A DNA stretch of 64,000 bases from Malacoraja senta (Eukaryota): contig CM075996.1 in NCBI GenBank assembly GCA_038087875.1, positions 5,582,001 to 5,646,000 on the forward strand. The letters run 5' to 3'. Below are positions 1 through 13,500 of the stretch, in pieces; positions within the stretch are counted from its first letter, which is position 1, and each line of letters begins with the position of its first letter. Both the position numbers and the translations under genes were made by a program. Below the pieces are notes generated by a model that was given only the letters and a program-made list of their open reading frames with translations, was not told the DNA's origin and ran no database searches.

Positions 1-74
1 TGGGGGTCTCTGACCGCTTGAGGCGAAGTGTGCTTTTGCATACCGTGTTAAGATGCCGCAAGGCTTTACATAGT

Positions 75-450
75 AGAAACATAGAAAACAGGTGCAGGAG
101 GAGGCCATTCGGTCCTTCGAGCCAGCACCGCCATTTCATTGTGATCATGGCTGATCGTCCCCAATAATAACCCGTGCCTGCCTTCACCCCATATCCCTTG
201 ACTCCACTAGCCCCTAGAGCGCTAACTAAACTCTCTCTTAAATCCATCCAGTGATTTGGCCTCCACTGCCCTCTGTGGCAGGGAATTCCACAAATTCACA
301 ACTCTCTGGGTGAAAACGTTTTTTCTCACCTTAGTCTTAAATGGCCTCCCCTTTATTCTAAGACTGTGGCCCCTGGTTCTGGGTTCTGTCAACATTGGGA
401 ACATTTTTCCTGCATCTAGGCTTGTCCAGTCCATTTATACTTTTATATGT
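75..450 (-). mobile_element. CR1-clade LINE 3' fragment (HER1-like)
   Basis: Minus ORF RTRGHSLRIKGRPFKTKVRKNVFTQRVVNLWNSLP is the CR1 ORF2 C-terminus; tttctatg-type tail. Confidence 0.85.
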
Positions 451-1904
451 TTCTACAAGACCTTTGCATTAAATGCTATACCACTCATCATGCATCTGTA
501 CACTGTAAATGGCTCGATTGTAATCATGTATTGTCTTTCCGCCGACTGGTCAGCACGCAACAAAAGCTTTTCACTGTACCTCTGTACACGTGACAGTAAA
601 CTGAACTGCATAAGATCACTATAAAAAGTGTGGGTAAAATTAACAATGTATTGCCAGCAAAAGATGAACTATACATGGACCATTGTGGTCTCCTTGGCCA
701 TCGGTGCCGGCTATGATTTGCTCTGCACCTTTTCATACCTCTAGTTCCCCACTGCCTTGACTCTCGGACTGAAGACCCGAAACGCCACCTTTTTCTTTTC
801 TCCAGAGATGCTGCCTGACTCGCTGAGTTAACCCAGCATTTTGTATCTATTTTGAGAGTGGTGATTCTGGCTAGAAGAATTCAAATTTATTACAATCAAA
901 TTGAGACAGAAGATGAAAGAAGTGACCAACAGGACTAGAGCAAAGGTACACAAAAATGCTGGAGAAACTCAGCGGGTGCAGCAGCATCTATGGAGCGAAG
1001 GAAATGGGTAACGTTTCGGGCCGAAACCCTTCTTCAGGACTAGAGCAAAACTAGGTGACTCAAAGGAACTAGGGTAAACAGCAGAGAAATATTTAAAGGT
1101 AGACAAGATTGGCTGGAGAAACTCAGCGGGTGCGGCAGCATCTATGGAGCGAAGGAATTAGGCAACATTTTGGGCCGAAACCCTTCTTCAGAAGTCTGAA
1201 CTTGCCTATTCCTTCGCTCCATAGATGCTGCCGCACCCGCTGAGTTTCTCCAGCATTTTTGTCTACCTTCGATTCTCCAGCATCTGCAGTTCCTTCTTGA
1301 ACAGAGAGATATTTACGCAAGATGTTAGCTTGAGTAAAATGTTGTTTCTTGTTTCAGCAGAAGATGAAGCCAAGTATAGGGGCAAAATTAAAAGGTGAAA
1401 AACTCAAATTATTGAAGCCAGAATATTTGAAACCAAAAGTAGAGGATTGGATGTGGGGGAGTACTGATCGCTCTACCAGTGTTTAAGAGTAGTTTACATC
1501 CATGGTTCTGTAAAATGCTGCAGAAGTCTGAGTTAAAGTGAGAAGCAGAAGTCTGGTCATGCCGAGTAGCATGTTCTCACTTCGATGTCATGGAAGAATT
1601 CTTTAAGTGGGGACCAATGGCCGTCATTGCTGGACCAGGTTACCGCCTGATTCTGTGCTGCGCAGTTATTACCCAGGTGCTGCCCAAGGACGCGTCAGCA
1701 CGTACGTGGATCGGAAGGGTTTGGAGGGATTAGGGGCCGAATTCGAGTTTAAATGGGACTCACTCAGATGGGACATCTTGGTCGGCATGGATGAGTTGGG
1801 TCGAACGGCCTGTTTCCGAGCTGTATGCCTCTTTGACTCCATGTCGCAGTCCCACAAGAAAGCCAGTTGTGCTATGAAATAGGACAGTGATCAGGTTTCT
1901 GGAC

Positions 1905-2222
1905 CCAGTGTTGGGCGAGTCCAGAACCAGGGGCCACAGTCTGAGAATAAAGGGGAGGCCATTTAAGACTGAGGTGAGAAAAAACGTTTTCACCCACAGA
2001 GTTGTGAATTTGTGGAATTCCCTGCCACAGAGGGCAGTGGAGGCCAAATCACTGGATGGATTTAAGAGAGAGTTAGATAGAGCTCTAGGGGCTGGTGGAA
2101 TCAAGGGATATGGGGAGAAGGCAGGCACGGGTTATTGATTGGGGACGATCAGCCATGATCACAATGAATGGCGGTGCTGGCTCAAAGGGCTGAATGGCCT
2201 CCTCCTGCACCTATTTTCTATA
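1905..2222 (+). mobile_element. CR1-clade LINE 3' fragment
   Basis: ORF 1887..2138 has the CR1 C-terminal motif, followed by the 3'UTR hairpin ggtgctggctc..gaatggcctcctcctgcacc. Confidence 0.85.
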
Positions 2223-3052
2223 TGACTTTGAGTCCTGAAAAGCGCTATATAAATAAAATCTATTATTACTATTATTATTATGTACAGAGGCCTGGACTAT
2301 TAATCCAGAAACAAGGAGTTTGAATGTTAAGGGGGCAGCAGGGAATTTTAAATTTGGTCAATTGTATGTTTTTAACCATTTGAAAACCCAATTGGTTCAT
2401 TGATGTCTTTCAGGGAAGAAAATCTGCTGGTCTCTATGATGCCTCTCCCAATCTGGTTGTCCCAAATTGTGTAGCATAATATGCCGCCTTGGGATGATTT
2501 GGAAATGAGCATGAAATGCTTAGTTAGCCAGAGACGTTTAGTTTAGTTGTACATACAGTGTGGAAACAAGCCATTCTGGCCCACCGAGGCCATGCCGATC
2601 ACCCATGCACTAGTTCTATCCTACACACTAGGACAATTTACAGAAGCTAATTAACCTACAAACTTGTAGGAAGGCGCTGCAGATGCTAGTTTAAACCGAA
2701 GATAGACACAAAATGCTGGAGTGACTCCAGCATTTTGTGTCAGCCTACAAACTTGCACCTCTTTGGGATGTGGGAGGAAACCGGAGCATCCGGAGAAAAC
2801 CCACGCTGTCACGGGGAGAATGTACAAACCCATACAGACAGCACCCGTAGTCAGGATCTAAGGTGGGTTTCCCACGCTGGGAGGCAGCAGCTCCACCGCT
2901 GTGCCACTGGGCCATCCCCATGAAGTAATTTTTAAAAAGTGAACAGCTTTGCTAATTGTTGTGAATGATGCATCTTTCAGAAGTACTGGCAGATGAGATG
3001 AGCAGACATGTTGACCAGCTGTAACACCGGTTTACCTGTAGATACTGCATAA

Positions 3053-3386
3053 AGGGCCTGTCCCACTTAACGCAACTTTTTTCGGCGAATTGCCGGCACC
3101 CATCATAGTTGCAGCAGGTCTCCGAAAATTTTCAACATGTTGAAAATCCAGCAGCGACCAGAAAAAAGGCACGACTCTTTGGGCGACTACTCACGACCAT
3201 ACAGGCGTCACCCTGCAACATGTCGACACGTGACGCCTGTACGGTCGTGAGTAGTCGCCCAAAGAGTCGTCCCTTTTTCTGGTCGCCGCTGGATTTTCAA
3301 CATGTTTGAAAATTTCCGGCCACCTGCTGCGACTGTGACGGGTGCGCCAAGTCGCCGAAAAAATAGCGTATTTGGGACAGGCCCTT
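3053..3386. mobile_element. PIF/Harbinger-like MITE
   Basis: TIRs AGGGCCTGTCCCA...TGGGACAGGCCCT, TAA target-site duplication, internally palindromic. Confidence 0.8.
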
Positions 3387-4184
3387 AACTAACTGCCAGA
3401 TATCTGACCTGGAGCAATGGAACAACATTGCTCAGAGTTGTGCAAGCAAAGTGGTCTGAGTTTGTAGGAAGAGAGAATAATGTTTGAGTATAGTTATTAC
3501 TGAAGAAGAGGAAGAGATTTTTCTTTAAATAAAGGTGCTCAATAACTTCCCCAATACGATGAGTTTGGGAGTAAATTATGATTAATTCCCCCAAAGCAAG
3601 TGCTCTGCTTATTTGTTGACCTGTGTTTGGGGTATTCAATGTTTTGGGTCCATTTGTAAAACGGTTTAGTTTAGTTTTTAGTTTAGAGATACAGCGCGGT
3701 AACAGGCTCTTCAGCCCACCGAATTTGCGCCTACTAGCGACCCCTGCACATTAACACTATCCTACACACTAGGATCAATTTACAATTATACCAAGCCATT
3801 TAGCCTGCAAACTTGTACGTCTTTGCAGTGCGGGAGGAAACCGGAGATCCCGGAAAAAACCCATGCAGGTCAGGTTGTGAATGTACACACTACACCAAAC
3901 TCTGCTAATGTGAATCATAACTTGTTTGGATTTCAGCTGGTCTGCCAGTAAAGGTCATGCTCGGAATCCTTTTGAAAATGTCTATGTTGACTCTGGCATC
4001 CTTTGCTACATTTTAATACTATTGATGTTACTCCCACTGGGACCTAGAGTTATGATGTATTCATGAGAGAGTCAGCGCTCTTAATGCTAACAGAATCGAG
4101 GGATATGGGAAGAAAGCAGGAACAGGCTACTGATTTTGGATGATCAGCCATGATCATCTTGAATGCCGGTGCTGGCTCGAAGGG

Positions 4185-4384
4185 NNNNNNNNNNNNNNNN
4201 NNNNNNNNNNNNNNNNNNNNNNNNNNNNNNNNNNNNNNNNNNNNNNNNNNNNNNNNNNNNNNNNNNNNNNNNNNNNNNNNNNNNNNNNNNNNNNNNNNNN
4301 NNNNNNNNNNNNNNNNNNNNNNNNNNNNNNNNNNNNNNNNNNNNNNNNNNNNNNNNNNNNNNNNNNNNNNNNNNNNNNNNNNNN
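4185..4384. other. Assembly gap (~200 N)
   Basis: Run of N. Confidence 0.99.
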
Positions 4385-5216
4385 GAGACAGCAAGGGCTA
4401 CCGGAAATTGGAGAAGTCAATGTTTATGCCGCTAGGGTGCAGACTGCATGTTGAAAATTTTCGGGCGACCTGCTGCGACTAAGACAGGTGCCGGCAAGTC
4501 GCCGAAAAAAATCGCGTAAGTGGAACAGGCCCATAACAGTTTCATCTCTACACTTGTGGTATCTATACCGTTTGAAATTAATTACCACCCATTGGAACGA
4601 GAACAGGAAATGTCTCACTCATTCATTTGACAACAATAAGCTTTTGGTCTGCGAGTGTAGCAATGTGCTAGCTTCTGAAACTTGGCCATGACTCATCTGA
4701 AACCGTATAAATGTGAGGGTGTGGTATATTTTTCTAATAATTTTTGAATCCTTTCGGTTATAATTTTTGGTTGCCAGATCACATTCAAAACATTTTAAAA
4801 GTCCGCTAGATTTTAGTACATGTGTGTGTGACCCAGTTAAGTTCTTTTGAATTTCACATCCAGGTGCATTGGTGTCTCTGGGTCCTTTTGATAGTACAGA
4901 ACTGAATAAAAATATTAATTACTCACTCCTTGGTTTGTGAGATTATCCACCTCCTTCCAGTGCCTTTTAAGTCTACCCAAAACAGTTTGCTTTAGTTTAC
5001 TTTAGAGATTTAGTTTAGTGGTGGAGTTGCTGCCTCACTGCACCAGAGACCTGGGTTCAATCCTGATTATGGATGCTGTCTGTATTGGATTTTCTCGGAG
5101 ATCTTCACTTTCCGCCCACATTCCAAAGACGTGGAGGTCTGTAGCGCTGGGCCTCACTCTGACAGTGGAGGAGGCCCAGGACAGAAAGGTCAGTGTGTCT
5201 CTTGCTTGTAGTGTTA

Positions 5217-5607
5217 AGCCCCTGTCCCACTTAGGAGACCTAAACAGCAACCTCTGGTGACCTTGCCCGCCACCCAAAAAAAATCAAGGTCGAGGTGACC
5301 TGCGACCTCCTACCACCTCCCACGCATATGTTGAAAACCTTCCTCGACTATGAAGAAAACCGCCTTCGACTAGACCTGCGACTAGGAAAATGATAGATTT
5401 TTAAAACGGCAACCTATTTTTAGTCGAGGCTGGTTTTAATCATGATGGAAAAAATGGCAGCAACCGAGATGAAGCCTCGACCACGCGGAAGCCACTTTCG
5501 ACCATTAGGGAGAGTGACCAAAACCTCCGGTGACCTCATGGAAACCTTGGGTGGCGGGCAAGGTCACCAGAGGTTGCTGTTTAGGTCTCCTAAGTGGGAC
5601 AGGCCCT
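5217..5607. mobile_element. PIF/Harbinger-like MITE (second subfamily)
   Basis: Long TIRs CCTGTCCCACTTAGGAGACCTAAACAGCAACCTCTGGTGACCTTGCCCGCCACCCAA and its reverse complement; TTA TSD. Confidence 0.8.
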
Positions 5608-6537
5608 TTACTCATCATCATGTGTTGCTGAATAGGTGGCTTGTCTTTTGGGTGGTGTAACAGAAAAGGATTGTGACTTTTGCACACTTCAATTGTTGAT
5701 TATAATCATTACACGATGCAGGAGGCTGTCATTTAACCCATCTGGCCCGTGCTGGCCCTTTGAAAGAGACTGCCAATTAGTCCCTCTCATGACCTTAACA
5801 ACAATGGATACAGTTGCCTTGAAGTCTTTACCCAACTTACTTTTGAAACTTTTATTGCAGCAGTTTCCACTTCCCTTTTGTAGGCCAGAATAGTTTTGGC
5901 ATTCAAACTTGAATACTCTTTGCTGTAGCAGTAACAAATGTCAAGCTCTGAATTATTTTATTAATGAGAGAGTTAGATAGAGCTCTCGGGGCTAGTGGAA
6001 TCAAGGGATATGGGGAGAAGGCAGGCACGGGTTATTGATTAGGGACGATCAGCCATGATCACAATGAATGGCGGTGCTGGCTTGAAGGGCCGAATGGCCT
6101 CCTCCTGCACCTATTTTCTATGTTTCTATGAGATCTTCAAACTACTGTTCGTCCAGAGATTGGGGACCCGGGATTGCTGCCTCTGGGTGTTGTTTGTATC
6201 CATACTTGTGTCAAATCTGTGGTTGCAGAAATAAAGTCTTGGCTTTACGCTCGATGATGAATTGCTGTATTCCCCAAAACAAAAGCTGTGGAATTCCTTC
6301 TCTGCAATGTTCTACCTGCCCCTTCGACAATCCTCTGAAATCCCACTGTGTGACCAGTCACGTGTGCTGCCTAATATCTTACGCGCCTCAGTATCTATCC
6401 TTAAAGATACCGGAGTCAGGGATATGGTGAGAAGGCAGGAATGGGGTACTGATTGGGGATGATCACAGTGATTGGTGGTGCTGGTTCGAAGGGCTGAATG
6501 GCCTACTCCTGCACCTATTGTCTTGTCTATTGTTGAC

Positions 6538-6829
6538 TTACACAGTTTTCTGAACTTCTCTCAGCAAAACCATCGAGTTGTCAATAGATTCAGCTGGCAC
6601 CACTACCAGACCATTCCCGTCTAGGTGACTTGGTGCATATTCAGAAGAGTCAGCGCGGGTCATAGCTTCCGGACCCGCTAAATTCAACAGCAGAGATGCT
6701 TTCAAATCACCGGATCGTTTCGGTGAACGATGCGGATAAATGAGAGTAGTCCTTCTCAAACATTCGCCATCGCTCGGCAATATCGGAATCAAACACGAGC
6801 GGGCTAGGCTTTCGACAAGAGTTAGCCAT
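6538..6829 (-). pseudogene. Degenerate Gypsy/Ty3 LTR-retrotransposon gag N-terminus
   Basis: Frameshifted MANSCRKPSPLVFDSDIAERWRMFEKDY...KASLLLNLAGPEA resembles the PxPLxFxGNxAExWxxF...LLNLAG gag start of fish Gypsy elements (recalled). Confidence 0.65.
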
Positions 6830-7455
6830 GTCATCAAAATACAGTAAAATAAAGTATCCTTTATTGTCATTCAGACATTTTAGTCTGAACGAAATTTCAT
6901 GCCTTGCAGTCATAACATAGAATAAAATAACAAAACACACAATAAACACAGATTTAACATCCACCACAGTGAGTCCACCAGGTCCTCCTCGCTGTGATGG
7001 AAGGAAAAAGTCTTAAAGTCCTTGTCTCTTCCTTCCTTGTTCTCCCTCTGCGTTGAGGCGATCCAGGCTTCCGATGTTGCGACCCCGCCGGGTGATGGTA
7101 AGTCCCGCGGCTGAATCCGAGCTCCGCGAAACGGGCCGGTTCAAACTCTGCGGCCCGGGAGGTCGAAGCTGTCGAAGCTGCCACCCTCCAGTCCAGCGAC
7201 CGAAATCCAAACCAAAACTCACAAATAAAAACTGTTAAACAAAACAAATCACGGTAAACAGATGCGGGGTAGACCCGATTTTCTGCTTAGAAGTTAATGA
7301 CCTGAACAATTAAGATGCTTGTGTTTCAACCTGTGTAAGTCTGAGCTCTGTACATTGACCATGCGCTTGTGGAGCTTTGAGATATTTTAAGGCTTTGGAA
7401 CTGTTATAGAAGTGAAGGCTGTTGCTACAGTTTAACTTTTCTCTCTCTCTTGCAG

Positions 7456-7511
7456 CGCTGAAGAGTCCTGCTGCATTTCACGAGCAGAGGAGGAGCTTGG
7501 AGAGGGCACGG
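7456..7511 (+). CDS. MRTFA: MRTF exon: end of RPEL1 and linker, (P)LKSPAAFHEQRRSLERAR
   Basis: ctctctcttgcAG acceptor, GTAAGT donor; peptide matches the recalled MRTF-A sequence. Confidence 0.92.
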
Positions 7512-10500
7512 GTAAGTGACTTTAACAGAGATTATTAAATCAAGTTTTCCAGTCTTGTTTCTCCCTTCTGTGCATCTTGGAGCATGCTAATAGTTGTACG
7601 CTATATGTATAGGAAGGAACTGCAGATGCTGGTTTACACCAAAGACAGACACAAAATGCTGGCGCAACTCAGCAGGACAGGCAGCATCTCTGGATGGAAG
7701 GAATGGTGATGTTTCGGGTCAAGACCCTTCTTCAGACTGAATCTCGACCCGAAATGTCACCCATTTCTTCTCTCCAGAGATGCTGCCTGTCCGCTGAGTT
7801 ACGCCAGCATTTTGCGTCTAGCTTAGTTGTACACTCTAGCTGTGATAGTTTGGAGTTGAACCAGTCCTTATCAAAGTTTATAAGCAAATAAACCAACACA
7901 CCTCTTCTTCCAAGAAAGGGGAGGTTGAAGGGCAACGTCATGGAGATTAGGAATTATGTGTTGCTGAAGTAAAGTTAAAGGGGTTAAGGATGACCAGAGC
8001 CAAGGACAGTGAATCTCTCAATCAGTGAGCAGCTCAGGAGAAATGACTTCCCTGGAGGGTGCGTGCGAGGTGGAGCTCGCCACCAAATAGCAGATGGGTT
8101 GCAAGTCAAGTTGGCTGCTTTGCCCTGGATGCATTGCATTTCTTCTGTGTTGATGAAGCTGCATTTATCCAGGCAAGTGGAGAGTATTCACCACCTCAAT
8201 GATTTGCCCTTTGTAGATTGTAATGGCAAAATGTCCAATTCTCCCAGTGTTCAACTTTCCGTTGCCATTACTACACAGGGAGGAGGTGTGATCTCACGCA
8301 GACCAAATAGAACAGAACTTCCAGTCATTATTTTGCACTTTAATTGGTTCTTTATGGAAGTAGTTGTACAAACAAAGAGATGAATGTGCCAGCTTCTCCT
8401 TCTTCTGCATACACGTTGCAGCTAGCCTTAAGGGCCTGTCCCACTTTCACGACCTAATTCACGACCTTTTTCACTCGTGGACATTTTTCTTCAGGCTAGA
8501 AAATACGCCCCAACCTACTTGATGCCACGAGTACCTACGACTAGCATCACAACCTGCTACGTCCTACCTACGACCTCGTGACGACCATGCTGCGAGTATG
8601 AGTCGAGGGCAAACTCGGCAGAGGTCGTGAATTGGTCGTGAAAGTGGGACAGGCGCTTAAGTCTGGTCCCCTGATCTGTTGAAAACTGTATGCTTTCCTC
8701 CTGTGCCTGGTCTGATGTCTCTCTGTCCACCATATACACCCCCTTGTGCCAAAATAATACTGCAAGATATATCTGGTATATTGTAAGGATTGGAACTATG
8801 GAGAGTGTCAGTATAGTTCACTAGATACATCGTTGCCCCTGCGATGTGCTTTCACTGTGGCCCTCCTGGTTACCCATCGTAACTAACTGTTTTTGAAAAC
8901 TTTGCAGACTGAAGACTATTTAAAGAGAAAGATACGATTACGTCCAGAGAGAGCAGAGTTGGTCAGAATGCACATACTTGAAGGTAAGGTGTACAAGATC
9001 ATACTTGACCACGCTTCTGCCTCAGTTCATGTTCAAACTACAACTGGTTTGAATTATGCAGGGTGCAGGGCCCTGAAATCTTGAAAAAATATATAGCCGA
9101 GCCATACTACTTCAAGTTTATGATTTAAAATTTAACTTAAATATTTTTACATTTTATTTTGTTGAGTATTGAAAGCTCCCGATTTGGCAATCGAAAACAT
9201 TTGTTTAAACAATGGAACGATAAAGGTGCTTTAGTGTAGTTTGGAGATGCAGCGTGGAAACAAGCTCTGCGCCCGCTGAGTCCACACCGACCTGTACACT
9301 AGTCCTATCCTACACACTAGAAACAATTTAGCATCGGACCCACCAGCTGATAGGGCGTATTGGTAGAGTTGCTGCCTTGCAGCGCCAGGACCCGAGTTCG
9401 ATCCTGACTACGGACGCTGTCTGTACGGAGTTTGTACGTTCTCCCCGTGACCTGCATTTCCCTTTTCTCCGGGATCTCCGGTTTCTTCCCGCACTCTAAA
9501 GACGTCCAGGTTTGTAGGTTGTGTAAGAAAGAACTGCAGATGCTGGTTAAAATCGAAGGCGGACACAAAATGCTGGAGTAACTCAGCGGGTGAGGCAGCA
9601 TCTCTGGAGACGCTCTTGGATGGGCGACGTTTCGGGAAAGTGCAATGACAATAAAATTGAATCTGAATCTGAGACCCTTGGGTCTCGACCCGAAACGTCG
9701 CACATTCCCTTTCTCCAGAGATGCTGCTCTCCCGCTGAGTTACTCCAGCATTTTGTGTCTACCTTCAGTTTGTAGGTTAATTGGCTTGGTATGATTGTAA
9801 ATGTCCTAGTGTGTGTAGGATAGTGTTAGTGTGCGGGTGATCGCTGGTAGGCACGGACTCGGTGGGCCGAATGGCCTGTTTCCGCACTGTATCTCTGAAC
9901 TAAACTAAAAAGCTAAAAGGTGATGTTTTGTATGTTCAATTGAAAGGGAATAATCTCTGCCGATTTGACACCATCCATGTCCTCGGTCTGTCAGATTAAA
10001 AATGGACTTTTAATGTAATTAGTCCACCTCTGTTAACGTGCCGAACGATGTTGTGCAGAGACTTCAGCAGAGCCCTCCCTACAAGCCACACAGATGAAGC
10101 TGAAGCGGGCCAGGCTGGCCGATGATCTGAATGAGAAGATTGCGCAGCGCCCCGGTCCCATGGAGTTGGTGGAGAAGAACATACTGCCTGTGGACTCCAG
10201 TGTCAAAGAGGCATCATAGGTGAGCTTCACCGCACGTGCTGTCGTTGTCAGTCAAGATGAGCCAAGAGTGTTTTATTGTCATATGTCCCGGATGGGACAA
10301 TGAAATTCTTACTTACTGCAGCACAACAGAATATGTGAATATGTAAACATAGTACATAACGGGGGAAGAGAAAAAAAAAGTTCAATAAATAATAAATATA
10401 GTGCAGTGATAATAGTCTTTTGCAGTTCAGAGCTCATAACTTATTTGTTGTCATGTTTAATGGCCTGATGGCTGTGGGAAGAAGCTGTTCCTGAACCTGG

Positions 10501-13500
10501 ACGTTACAGTCTTCAGGCTCCTGTACCTTCTTCCGAAGGCATTGGTGAGATGAGTGTGTGGCCAGGATGGTGTGGGTCCTTGATGATGTTGGCCGCCTTT
10601 TTGAGGCAGCGACTACGATAGATCCCTTCGATGGTGGGGAGGTCAGAGCCGGCGATGGACTGGCAGTGGTCACAACTTTTTGTAGTCTTTTCCGCTCCTG
10701 GACGTTCAAGTTGCCGAACCAGGCCACGATGCAACCAGTCAGAATGCTCCCTACCGTGCAAGGGGAGCAGTGCAATACAGCAATGTCACCTTCCCCCGAA
10801 CATCGTACATCACCTGTCAACCAACTAAGCCACAACACCCCTGAACAAATCCACCTGGTTTTCCTCTATCCTAACCAGCAGGGGCAGAGAGAGTTGTGGT
10901 GGCTGGATCATTGGCTCTCCAAGCTCAAAAACCTCCACATCAGCAGCAGTTTTGGACCCGATATGGGATGTGCTGGCGTTGGAGAGGGTCCAGTGGAGGC
11001 ATCCAAGAATGATCCCGGGAATGACCGGGTTAACATATAATAAGTGTTTGACGGCACTGGGCCTGTGCTCGCTGGAGTTTAGAAGGACGGGGGGGGGGGG
11101 GACACCTCATTGAAACTTACTGGCCTCTGATCACAGGGTATTAGCTAGAGGGAGAGGAACAGCGGAGGTTTGAGGGGAAACTGGGTAGCAGCGCGGATGT
11201 GAAGGGTCGCCAGGCAGAGACACTCGTGCCCTACGGCCAACTCGAAAGGAACGGTGGCGCAACGGTAGAGTTGCTGCCTTACTGCGAATACAGCGCCGGA
11301 GACCCGGGTTCGATCCTGACTATGGGTGCTGTCTGTACAGAGTTTGTACGTTCTCCCCTGTGACCTGCATGGGTTTTCTCCGAGATCTCCGGTTTCCCCC
11401 CCACACTCCAAAGTGGGTTTTCTCCGAGATCTTCGGTTTCCCCCCACACTCCAAAGTGGGTTTTCTCCGAGATCTTCGGTTTCCCCCCACACTCCAAAGA
11501 CGTACAGGTTTGTATAAATGTAAAAAATTGTCCCTAGTGGGTGCGGGGATCGCTGGTCGGCACGGACCCGGTGGGCCGAAGTGCCTGTATCCGCACTGTA
11601 TCTGTAAACTAAACTAAACTGCTTGTAGCGATAAATCTCCTGTGCTTTGTGAACTGATTTAAAAATACAGTTTGCATCACACCAGTGCGATGTGGTGATC
11701 TCACTGTGCAGAATTGTAGATGGAGAGGTTTGGGATGTGGAACTTTGATTGTGTGGAGTAACTGGAGAAGCAAGGCACGGCTGTTAGCTGAGAAGGTAAA
11801 AGGGGGAGATATGAATGGGGAGGGGTTTGAGAAGAGTAGAAAGAAGGAGAAGTGGCTTCTACTGACATTGTAAAAACGGATTGGAGGGAAATCATTTTTT
11901 TCTTTTACTATAATGAGCTTTGATCCAAAGTACACTGCTGGAAAAGAGAACAGAATTATATTTAAATGGAAACTATTCCCCTTGGGAACAATTGTGGCAG
12001 TTGAATGAAATATAATAGTTCATTCCAAATCCTGGACAGGCTCAGCAGGTTATAAAATCATCTCTGCACCACGTGACCCAGAGCCCTTGATGTTGAAACG
12101 CTGATTGTAGAGATTTTAGAGATACAGCGGGGAAACAGGCCCTTTGAGTCCGCACCAACCAGCGATCCCCGCAGAGTAACACAAGCCTACACACAGTGAG
12201 GACAATTTACACTTATACCAAGTAAACAAACCCATGCCGCGCCTACAAACCTGCACGTCTTTGGAGTGTGGGCGGAAACCGAAGATCTCGGAGGAAAACC
12301 CACTTTGGAGTGTGGGCGGAAACCGAAGATCTCGGAGAAAACCCACGTGGTCACTAGGAGAACGTACAAACTCCATACAGACAGTACCCGTGGTCAGGAT
12401 CGAACCCGGGTCTCCGGCGCTGTAAGGCAGCAACTGTAAGCTGCGCCACCCTATTAGAGCAAAGGTTTATTTTGCCCCAGTATCGTCTATTGTCTCTACA
12501 GGAATTGATAATTTTGCCATGATTACTTTTTTTAAGCAAAGGAATAAAAATCCTCTTCTTCCTCGTGTCCGGCCATCTTCTCTATCACGTCTTTCCGGTC
12601 GGTCAGTGACGGTTGACGGTCGGTGGTTGCAGAATTGGATCTTGAGCAGAACACCAAAGTGCCAGTGGAGCTTTAGGTCAGGCAGCATCCGTGAGGAAAT
12701 GGACAGACATGGTTTCAGATTCTGAAGGAGGGTTTCGACCAGAAACTTTGTCTGTCCATTCCCTCCCCAGATGCTGCCTGACCCACTGAGTTCCTCCAGC
12801 ACTTTGTGTTTTGAATCAACGGAAGTTTTGCGCTATCAATTTTTAAAAAAAGTTGGTGGCTATGATAGTGTTTGGGTTAAAAGGCTATTTTGTTTTGAAG
12901 CATGCAGCATCGGAGAACATCGTCCCTTGTGCAAAGGACTACTCACCCCATAGCTATTCCCCAACCATCCTATAAATCACAGAAGAGTTGAAGTGGCAAT
13001 GAATTCCAAATTAACTAAAAGTCAAAATAAAATTCAATTGAACTGATTTTTTAAATTTTGGGCAGTTTATACCCAGCGGCATGAACATTGACTTCTCCAA
13101 TTTCCGGTAGTCCTTGCTGTCTCCTCCCCTTCTCAGCTCTCCCTCAGCCCTCTGGCTCCTCCTCTTCCTTTCTTCTTCCTGCTCCTCCCCCACCCTACAT
13201 CAGTCTGAAGAAGGGTTTCGGCCCGAAACGTTGCCTATTTCCTTCGCTCCATAGATGCTGCCGCACCCGCTGAGTTTCTCCAGCATTTTTGGTCTACCTT
13301 TTAAATTGGAAATGTTGATTTTTGAATGAGGGGCACTTTATAAAATATTTAGAAACAAGGAACTGCAGGTTGCTGGTTTACAAAAAAAAAGACAGTAAAT
13401 CTTGTGTTGGAGTAACTCAGCGGATCAGGCAGCATCTCAGGAGAACGTGGATAGATGAAGTTTCAGGTCGAACCTCTCCTTCAGACTGATTCTGGTGGGA

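Noticed and set aside
4050..4482. ORFs spanning N runs (also 49290-49865)
   Set aside because: Artefacts of assembly gaps.
1..7455. MRTF RPEL1/start exons and a promoter
   Set aside because: No VLQLxLQQRR-type exon or CpG island found; probably upstream of the window or in the gap.
11253..11320. tRNA-like A/B boxes at SINE heads
   Set aside because: SINE internal promoters, not tRNA genes; no cloverleaf.
11369..11497. CRISPR-like repeated ~43-mer
   Set aside because: Direct tandem copies with no spacers, inside a eukaryotic SINE.
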